The position numbers were made by a program, and so were the translations under genes. From Prasinococcaceae sp. CCMP 1430 (lineage: Eukaryota; Plantae; Prasinodermophyta): DNA of 9,931 nt. Shown in pieces: positions 1 to 6,804 of the stretch (position 1 is the stretch's first letter; each line of letters opens with the position of its first letter). Location: NCBI GenBank assembly GCA_013416795.1, contig RQSC01000299.1:1-9931 (forward strand). Reading direction: 5' to 3'. The notes below the pieces were generated by a model. That model saw only the letters and a program-made list of their open reading frames with translations. It made no database searches and was not told the DNA's origin.

Positions 1-43
1 CGGTCGGCAGCGCAGCGCCCAGCGCGCCCATGCAGAACGCCAT
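1..43 (-). CDS. Possible N-terminus of a gene running off the left edge (MAFCMGALGAALPT...)
   Basis: ATG at 43-41 in a gccATGG context, open to position 1, with hydrophobic small-residue codons. Only 14 codons are visible, so this is weak. Confidence 0.3.
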   Translation of the reverse strand, partial: MAFCMGALGAALPT

Positions 44-329
44 GGCTCGCTGCCCACGCGCTCCGGCGTGCCAGGCGGCGGTGTGGCGCCGTCGGCGCCC
101 CTCGCGCCCCCCTCCGACGCGCGCACCCAAAAAAAACGCCGTCACCGAAATTTCGCGCGAGGCATTCCGCGGTTTCGCCCGCCCGGAGGGGGCGCGCCTT
201 ACTAAACCCCCTTTGACCACGCGCTGCCGAGCCGTCCCGAACCCGCGGGAGGGGATTTCGCCGCGTGCGCGCGTGCGCGTCTCGGCGGCGCGCCACGCGC
301 GCCGGCGGCCCGCGCGCGCGCCCGCGCAT

Positions 330-548
330 CAAAACGAACTGCGCAATGCCCACGCGTGGAATGAGGCTCCCGTGGATACTATTGACACAGAAATGCGAAC
401 ATTTACCGAAGGGCGTGCACGGCGGCGAGCCCCGGCGACGGCGCCCCTCCACACGATGAGAGGGTCCGCGCCAGCCCGCATCGCATGGTGCGATTGCACT
501 CGAACCTCCCCCGAAGAGGTGTTGGGGTCTGCCATCGCACCCTAAAAC
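330..548. ncRNA. Candidate structured non-coding RNA or element, family not recognised
   Basis: Island of more balanced base composition inside CG-repeat spacer DNA. Stems: 391-404 (AAATG-CGAA-CATTT), 440-472 (GGCGC+CCCTC / GAGGG+GCGCC), 480-494 (ATCGCA/TGCGAT), 487-494 with 534-541 (GGTGCGAT/ATCGCACC) and 504-520 (ACCTC/GAGGT). Overlapping ORFs lack the GC3 bias of the real genes. Confidence 0.3.
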
Positions 549-626
549 TGGGCGAGCGCCGGGACGGCGGCGCGGGGACGCGGCGCGCGCGCGCGCCTCG
601 CGCGTTCGGGTCGCGATTCGCGGCGC

Positions 627-693
627 TTTTAAGGTTACATGATAGGGTTTATAAATAGTAATTTAAAAAAAAAAAGGACAAAACAAAAACAAA
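627..693. promoter_or_regulatory. AT-rich promoter-like island: telo-box-like TAGGGTTTA (643-651), TATA-like TATAAATA (650-657), poly(dA) tract (665-675)
   Basis: Read directly from the sequence. It lies in the spacer between two divergently oriented ATGs (43 on -, 988 on +). Function is inferred. Confidence 0.4.
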
Positions 694-751
694 TCCCCGC
701 GGCCGAATTCGAACCGCTGCGGCGCGCGTCGCGGCGGGGAGCGCGGCGCGT

Positions 752-777
752 GGGTGCGGGTGGGTGGGGGGTGGGGG
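752..777 (+). other. Canonical G-quadruplex-forming motif
   Basis: GGG-TGC-GGG-T-GGG-T-GGGGGG-T-GGGGG: five G-runs of 3 or more with 1-3 nt loops, about 210 nt upstream of the ATG at 988. Confidence 0.55.
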
Positions 778-987
778 TTGAAGGCTGCGATCGCGCAGGC
801 GCGGCGCCACACCGCGCGCGAGCGGAGGTAAGGGGGGGGCGCGAGCCACGCCCCCGCCTCATCCACCGCGCGCCCGCCCGCGCACCCGACACAAACGCAA
901 ACGCACACGCACAGCCTCCTGCTGTGGGGCGCGACGCCACTGCGCGCGCGCGCGACGCCCCCTCCCACGCGCGGCACGGGCCTCTGT

Positions 988-3217
988 ATGGAGGAGTCAG
1001 GGCTGGAACGGGGCGCGGAGGCCGCAGAGGCCTCGAAGGCCGCAGAGGCCTCGAAGGCTGCAGAGGCCTCGAAGGCCGCAGAGGCCGCGGGCGGTGCGCG
1101 CAAGGCGCGCACGCGCGGCCTGCGCGCGCGGGGCGGCGGCGGAGGCGGCGGCGCAGGCGGCATGGCGATCTCCTTGGGCGGGGCAGCGGAGTACGGCGAG
1201 AGCGTTCCCGCGAGCGATGACGACGAGAGCAGCGGCGAGGGGAGGCCGGCGTGTCACGCCGCAGGGGCGGCGCGCGCGGAGGAACGAGGGCGCACGAAAG
1301 CTCTCGCGGCGCGCGCGGAGCGCCTGCGGCGGCTGCGTGACGTGCTGAGCGACCTCGCCGCAGATTCGCCCGGCAGAGCGCGGCGGGGGCGGGCGCGCGC
1401 AGACGGGCTCGCGAGCGAGCGCGGCGTCTCGGACGCGCGAGCGCCGGCGCAAGCGTGTGTGACGCCCGTACCTGCGCGGACGCCGCAGCGTGGACACGGC
1501 AGAGGCTCCGCCTCGCCGGCGCTTTCGCCGGCGATGTGCGCGCTCTCCGCCCGCGGCACACTCAGCCCCACTGAGCTCGCGGCGGCCTTCGTCACGCACG
1601 CCGAAGCGGCGCAGGGCGGCGTGCGTGCGCGCGCNTCGCCGCCGCGGACGACGCGGCGCGCACCGCAGGCGTCGCCGAGCGCGCTCTCGCTGCGCGCCGA
1701 TGCCCGGCTGCGGGCGTTGGCACGCGCGCAGGCGCGGGCGCAAGGACAGATGCGGACGCGGACGTCGAGGCGAGGGCGGAAGCTGAGGCGGGCGCCGCGA
1801 ACCCGCAGACAGATGAGGAAGGAGACGCAGACGCGCGCGCCAAAGCGCAGGCGCGCGCGCGCGAAGACATGGGAGTGGGTTCGCACGATGCGCCCCTGCT
1901 GCTTCGCGCCGTCGACGGCGTGCGCGGGGTCCTTCTGGGCGGCGGTGGGGGTAGCGGCAGCGGCGGCTGGGCGAAGGCCGCAGCGGGCGTGGCGGCGCTG
2001 GCGGTGGTTTCGGCGGGCGCGCGCGCGGGCATCGACATGCGCGCACGCGCGCGCGGGGGGCCAAGCGCTGAGGGCCGCCAGCCAGCGCTCGCGCGCACTG
2101 CCTCCGCACCCGCTGCGCTCGTGCCCGATCCGTCTGCGCTGCCGGCGAACGCCGCCCTCCCCTCCGACGCCGGCGCGCGCGACGCGAGCGCAGGCGATGC
2201 GCTCGACAGCTTGCGCGGTCACGAAGCACGGCAGCAGGCCGAGGTCGCCCGGCAGCTCCAGCAGCTTGGGCAGCAGCTTGAGCAGGAGCAGCAGATTCAA
2301 GAGAAGGAGCTGGCGCAGGAGCGGCGATGGCGGCGGCAGCGGGACGAGGAGCGAACGGAGCAGCTGCCGAGGCAGGCCGACGAAAGGCGCGCCGAGGAGC
2401 AGCAGCGGCGGGAGCGAGGCGAGCAGGGGGTGGAAGGCGATGCGGTGGAGGCGCACGCGCGCGCCAGCGCGAGTGCACTCGCGGAGGGTGAACGCGCGGC
2501 CGAGGGCGAGGCCGACGCGCCATCGCGCCGGGCGGCGCCCGCGGCGGAGGTCGCTTCCGCAGAGGCGCCCACGCCCGCACCCACGCGGCGCCGCGGCCCC
2601 AAAGCGGAGGCGAAGGCGCGCGCGAAGGCCGAGGCCAAGGCGCGGCTCGAGGCGGAGGCACCCCCGGAGAGCCCGTGCCCCCGCCCGCGCGGGCGCGCGA
2701 GGCGCCGCGCGCGAGCGCGGTGGCGCGCACGGGGATCTCGGCCCTGCCAGACGACCCCGCGGCGCTTTGGAAGCTCTACGACGAGGTCCTCGCCGCTGGC
2801 GACGCGGCCATGGGTATGTCTGACGCGCACACGGCGGCGGCGCACTTCACCACCGCCGTGGAAATCATGGACCAGCTCGCACGCACGGGGGCCGCGGCCG
2901 GCGCTCCCGGCGCGCCTGCGCGCGGGGGGGAGGATCCCCATGTGGCGGCGGAGCCATCGCCGGCGGCGCCGTCGCCGTTGCCGGAGCTGGCGGGTGCGGA
3001 ACTCGCCGAGGCGGAGGCGATGTTCGCGCCCGCCGTGGTCGCCGCATGGGCGCCCGCCGAGCGCGCGCTGTACGAGCATTACGCGGAGCTCATGCGCGCG
3101 GGCGACGCCGCCCTGCGCGCGGGCGAGTCGCAGCGCGCGCTCACGCTCTACAGCGGGGGCCAGGCGCGCATGGAGGAGCTGCGCGCCGCGCTCCGCCGGG
3201 CGCGCGCCGCGTCCTGA
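988..3217 (+). CDS. Uncharacterised Ala/Arg/Glu-rich low-complexity protein (about 743 aa if two single-base frame breaks are repaired), with a central Gln/Glu coiled coil and two C-terminal helical (TPR-like) repeats
   Basis: Natural-looking peptide is found in the 988 frame up to about 1635, in the 1869 frame from about 1636 to 2665 (AAADDAARTAGVAERAL...QQAEVARQLQQLGQQLEQEQQIQEKELAQE) and in the 2675 frame to TGA at 3215-3217. The span is 2230 nt, and adding 2 nt gives a multiple of 3. The middle frame has no stop until it is inside the antisense of the H+-PPase. An alternative start exists at ATG 1162. Confidence 0.6.
1021..1086 (+). repeat. 18-bp coding minisatellite (GCCGCAGAGGCCTCGAAG) x3.7 encoding AAEASK repeats
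   Basis: Units at 1021-1038, 1039-1056, 1057-1074 (one synonymous C>T) and a partial unit at 1075-1086. Confidence 0.95.
1635..1635. other. Ambiguous base (N) coinciding with a reading-frame break
   Basis: Replacing N by two bases (GC) gives ...VRARALAAADDAAR... and joins the two frames. The second frame is closed upstream by TGA at 1572-1574. Confidence 0.8.
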
Positions 3218-3271
3218 CCTCTCCTCGATAATCGCAACAATGCTATTACAACACGCACCATGCCGCCTCGC

Positions 3272-3925
3272 TCACGAGAAGAGCTTGAACAGCAGGCCGC
3301 CGTGCGCGGCGAAGAAGGGCGCGAGCACCACCGACTCGATGGCGCACAGCTTGAGCAGGATGTTGATCGCCGGGCCCGAGGTGTCCTTGAGCGGGTCGCC
3401 CACGGTGTCGCCGATGACGGCCGCCTTGTGCGCCTCGGTGCCCTTGCCGCCGATGGCGCGCGCGTGCTCAGACGCGCCCGCCTCCAGGTACTTCTTGGCG
3501 TTGTCCCACGCGCCGCCGGTGTTGGACGCCGAGATGGCCACCTGCACGCCCGACACGAGCGAGCCGGCGAGCATGCCCGCCAGCACGTTCACGCCGAAGA
3601 GCAGGCCCACGGCGATCGGGGTCACCATGACGAGGCAGCCGGGCGCGATCATCTCCTCGAGCGACGACTTGGTGGAGATGGCCACGCACGCGGTGTAGTC
3701 GGGCTTCACCGAGCCGTCCATGAGCCCGGGGTTCTCGCGGAACTGGCGGCGCACCTCCTCCACCATGGCGAGCGCGGCCTTGCCGACCGACTTCATGGTC
3801 ATGGCGGAGAACCAGTACGGCAGCATGGCGCCGAAGATGAGGCCGGCGAACTCGCGCGGCCTGAGGATGTTGACCGACTCGACGTGGGCCTGCACGGTGA
3901 AGGCGCCGAAGAGCGCGAGCGACAC

Positions 3926-3979
<54 letters not shown>

Positions 3980-4811
3980 CGCGGCGTCGAGCGCGTCGGT
4001 GCGCTCGCGGATCTCCTCGCCCATGCCGGCCATCTCGGCGATGCCGCCGGCGTTGTCCGAGATGGGGCCGTAGCCGTCGATGGTCAGGCCGGTGGCGAGC
4101 GTCGAGAGCATGCCCAGCGCGGCGCAGGCGATGCCGTAGGTGGCGGCCAGCTTGTAGCTCAGGTAGATGGCCAGCGAGAGCATGGTGACGGGCACCACGC
4201 ACGACTTGTAGCCCAGCGCGAGGCCGAAGATGACGTTGGTGGCCGCGCCGGTCTTGCACGAGTCGGCGAGCTCCCTGACGGGCTCGAAGCGGTTGGAGGT
4301 GTAGAACTCGGTCATGAGGCCGATGGCGAGGCCCGACCACAGGCCCGCGGCCACGCACAGGAAGACGCCCCAGCGGTGCACGGGGTCGTCGGCGCCGCTG
4401 ATCTCGAAGGGCTCGTCGGGCAGGCCCACCCAGGCGAGCGCGAAGGCGACGGGCGTCATGAGCGCCGTCGAGATGACGAGCTGCGCCTTGAGGGTGGGCT
4501 CGATCTCGGGGATGGACTCGCAGCGCGAGACGACGGTGGCGGCGAAGTGGGTGAGCAGGCACACGAAGATGCCGCCGGCGGAGATGAGCAGGGGGAAGAG
4601 CATGGGCGCCCACATCTGCTCCCGGCCGAGGGAGGACGCGGAGGCCACCACGAGCGCCGCGCAGGTGGACTCGGCGAACGAGCCGAACAGGTCGGCGCCC
4701 ATGCCCGCGATGTCGCCCACGTTGTCGCCCACGTTGTCGGCGATGGTCGCCGGGTTGCGCGGGTCGTCCTCGGGGATGTCCCTCTCGACCTTGCCCACCA
4801 GGTCGGCGCCC

Positions 4812-4843
<32 letters not shown>

Positions 4844-5515
4844 CACGCGGCCGAAGAGCGCGATCGACGAGCCGCCCAGGCCGTAGCCGGCGATCGCCTC
4901 GAAGAGCGCGCGGTAGTCGTCGCCGAAGTAGCGCGAGAAGCCCAGGATGGCCAGCCAGAGCACCAGCAGCCCGAGCGAGGTGAGCGCGAAGCCCATGACG
5001 GCGCCGCTGCGGAAGGCCACCAGGAAGCCGTGGCCCACGCCGCGGCGCGCCTCGAGGGCGGTGCGCGCGTTCGCGAAGACGGCGATCTCCATGCCGAGGT
5101 AGCCCGACACGATGGAGGTGGTCGCGCCCAGCAGGAAGGCGATCACCGTGAACACGGCGTTGGCCAGCGCGGGCGGCGGCGCGTCGGGGTCGGCCGGGTG
5201 GGCGTGGGCGTGCGCGCCCTTGAAGCCGTCGGCGGAGCCCAGCAGCACGAAGAGCAGCGCGCCGAAGGCCACCATGAAGCCCGCCATGTACCTGTACTCG
5301 GTGAACAGGAAGGCGCGCGCGCCCGTGGTGATCGCCTGCTGGATCTGGGCGGCGCTCGCCTCCACCGAGTCGCCCAGGCCCGCCTCCGACTGGAGCAGGT
5401 ACGCGGAAGAGGAGCCGGCCCCTCCTCGGGGGGTCTGCGGTGCCACGCGCACCGCGGCGACCTGGCGGTACAGCACCAGGCTGAAGACCAGGCCGACCGC
5501 GCTCACGGCCGGGAT
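3272..5515 (-). CDS. AVP1: Membrane-integral H+-translocating pyrophosphatase, K+-dependent plant/algal vacuolar type (type I); main exon of 747 codons plus stop
   Basis: Hallmark motifs: [80 protein letters not shown] (Ala rather than Lys in GNTTAA indicates K+ dependence), [12 protein letters not shown] and [14 protein letters not shown]. Many hydrophobic TM segments and strong GC3 bias. Similarity to family N-termini begins at [13 protein letters not shown], right after an in-frame CAG acceptor at 5518-5516; the 5' part of the supplied 891-aa ORF is non-coding. Confidence 0.97.
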
Positions 5516-5924
5516 CTGTGCGTAGTTGTGTAAGGTAGTGTAGTGTAGTGGGGGGGGTGTTTTTTTTTTTTTTGGTGGCGTGCGTGCGAGTGAGGAGGAA
5601 GGATGTCGTCGGAGGGGGGCGGCGGCGAGGTCAGCGACGGCGGGGAAGTGCTCGCGTGCGTTGCGCCCACGCAGAAGGAGGGACGCCGCGGCGGCGCGGG
5701 GAGAGCGCGAGGGCGAAGGGGGCGCGGCGCGGCCCCGCGCCCTCTCCTCCGCCTTTCTTCGTCGGGGGTGCGCGCGCGCGCCGTCCTTCATCGCCCTGAG
5801 CGGATGGTTGTGTGATGACCAGGGCAGGATCCGTGATACCAGGGGGGGCGCCGAGTGGCGCGTGCCGCGCGCGCGCGCAGCAGTAGCCCCTCCTTTCCCC
5901 GCAGAAAACCGTATCAAAACGCAC
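5516..5924 (-). other. Predicted first intron of the H+-PPase gene (acceptor well supported, donor tentative)
   Basis: The minus strand ends ...ACTACGCACAG|ATC in phase 0. GCTGAC lies at 5634-5629 with no AG between it and the acceptor. The region is low-complexity (T14 at 5560-5573, G8, (GTAGT)3). The best phase-0 donor is GGA|GTGCGT at 5924. Confidence 0.5.
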
Positions 5925-6038
5925 TCCGACCATCGGGGGGTGCGCAATCCGACGTGTCAGGCGAGCCCCGTCGACGCGCACGCATTCGGATTGGGGTTCT
6001 CGACAGGGTTACGTGTACCATCGAAGGGCGTTTTGATA
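5912..6038. repeat. 127-bp nested inverted repeat (MITE-like or hairpin)
   Basis: Outer arms 5912-5929 (TATCAAAACGCACTCCGA) and 6021-6038 (reverse complement TATCAAAACGCCCTTCGA) match at 16/18. Inner arms CAATCCGA (5945-5952) and TCGGATTG (5986-5993) match at 8/8. TA occurs at both outer ends. Confidence 0.65.
5925..5933 (-). CDS. Putative 9-nt first coding exon (Met-Val-Gly) of the H+-PPase
   Basis: ccgATGGTCGGA|GTGCGT has a good Kozak context and a donor resembling the GTGCGC donor in the DUF2834 gene. The phase matches the acceptor, giving a protein of about 750 aa. Not verifiable without transcripts. Confidence 0.35.
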
Positions 6039-6089
6039 TGAAGTGTTGTGATATTTGTATCCCTATTTGTCTGCTAAAACCGTAACCTT

Positions 6090-6161
6090 GCACGTTTAGC
6101 TTAGTGGCAAAGCGTTTGACTTGTAATCAAAAGACCTCGGGTTCGATCCCCGAATCGTGCT
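6090..6161 (+). tRNA. trnT-UGU: tRNA-Thr, anticodon UGU (6122-6124), intronless, 72 nt, CCA not encoded
   Basis: Cloverleaf: acceptor GCACGTT/ATCGTGC (one U:U pair), D stem GCTT/AAGC, anticodon stem TTTGA/TCAAA with loop CT-TGT-AA, T stem TCGGG/CCCGA with loop TTCGATC. A-box TAGCTTAGTGG, B-box GGTTCGATCCC, and a downstream T tract. Confidence 0.96.
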
Positions 6162-6170
6162 TTTCTTTTT
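6161..6170 (+). terminator. RNA polymerase III terminator (TTTTCTTTTT)
   Basis: Oligo-dT runs immediately 3' of the tRNA. Confidence 0.85.
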
Positions 6171-6240
6171 GCAAACGCCGCACGTCCACCCCCACGCACC
6201 CGCGGACGCGAAAGCGGGGGCGCGCCGCGAATTGCGCTCC

Positions 6241-6281
6241 TTTTTTGTTCTCGTTTTTGTTTTTGTTTTGTTTTGTTTGTT
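6241..6281. repeat. Degenerate (TTTTG)n low-complexity tract
   Basis: TTTTTGTTCTCGTTTTTGTTTTTGTTTTGTTTTGTTTGTT read directly. Nearby poly(dA) runs lie at 6324-6333 and 6418-6426. Confidence 0.8.
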
Positions 6282-6677
6282 CGCACGCCGTGAAGCACTC
6301 TGCCAGCTGAGAATTAGACAATTAAAAAAAAAAGGCTGTTCGCGACAGTGGCACGCGTGCGATCGGTGGGCGATCGGCCGCGGCAGTGGCCGTAGCTGTA
6401 GCCGCGCGCGCGCCAACAAAAAAAAAGCGCGGGCGGACGCCTTTCGCGCGCGTTTTCCCGCGCTTCGCCAAGTCAGAACGAACGCGCGCCGCCCGCGCCT
6501 CCGCCGTTTCGCGGGCGCGATTTGGGGCGCGCGCTGAGTGGGCGTGTGCCGCGCGGCGGCGGCCAGAGCGCGCAGACGCCCCGCCCCGCCTCGCCTCGCC
6601 GCGCCGCGCCCCGCCGCGCCCGCCCCCTGAGAGCGCTCAAGCAGGGGCAGCGGCTGCGCGTCGCTCAACTCCTTTCC

Positions 6678-6716
6678 CACCACCACACACACACACAAGC
6701 ACACACAAGCACACAC
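6678..6716 (+). repeat. Interrupted (CA)n microsatellite in the probable 5' UTR or promoter
   Basis: CACCACCACACACACACACAAGCACACACAAGCACACAC, followed by a pyrimidine-rich stretch before the ATG at 6805. Confidence 0.75.
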
Positions 6717-6804
6717 TCCTCCTCCTCCCCTCTTCATCCCCCACCTCTCACCCCTTCTTCCGTCGCGTCCCCACGCGCTCGGGAGGGTGTTGACGTCGGC
6801 CGCA

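Noticed and set aside
188-212. U5 snRNA loop I-like sequence CGCCTTACTAAA in an AGGGGG/CCCCCT stem
   Set aside because: It lacks two of the invariant U residues (GCCUUUUAC) and there is no downstream Sm site.
493-500. ATTGCACT (U1A-binding loop) suggesting U1 or U2 snRNA
   Set aside because: No ACTTACCTG 5' end, no U1-70K loop, no U2 GTGTAGTA branch-pairing region, and no Sm site on that strand.
486-541. tRNA-like element on the minus strand (GCGATGG...GTTCGAGT...CAATCGC-ACCA)
   Set aside because: An acceptor-like stem, T-loop-like word and CCA are present, but no T stem, D arm or anticodon arm can be formed and it is too short.
30-545. 171-aa plus ORF, and the 68-aa minus ORF at 329-535, as genes
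   Set aside because: Codon third positions lack the GC bias of real genes, the upstream half is CG-repeat translation, and there is no recognisable motif.
1021-1086. CRISPR-like or regulatory repeat array
   Set aside because: Perfect head-to-tail 18-mers without spacers, in frame in a eukaryotic CDS: an ordinary coding minisatellite.
4710-4740. Direct repeat GTCGCCCACGTT x2 inside the H+-PPase
   Set aside because: It simply encodes the conserved DNVGDNVGD motif.
3260-5533. 757-aa plus-strand ORF (and the 381-aa ORF at 3468-4613)
   Set aside because: Antisense or shifted-frame shadows of the strongly GC3-biased H+-PPase; Arg/Gly/His-rich translation with no independent motifs.
5629-5818. 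Intronic C/D-box snoRNA (GATGA ... CTGA on minus; GTGATGA at 5812-5818 on plus)
   Set aside because: Box C is degenerate on the host strand, there is no terminal stem, and the CTGA is better explained as the GCTGAC branch point. The plus-strand box C has no matching box D nearby.
5516-5947. N-terminal 144 aa of the supplied 891-aa ORF as a real extension
   Set aside because: It starts at TTG, runs through homopolymers and microsatellite ([17 protein letters not shown]), has no family similarity, and ends at a good in-frame acceptor.
6005-6011. TAACCCT on the minus strand as a TTAGGG telomerase template
   Set aside because: Only 7 nt, expected by chance, and without supporting pseudoknot or terminator context.
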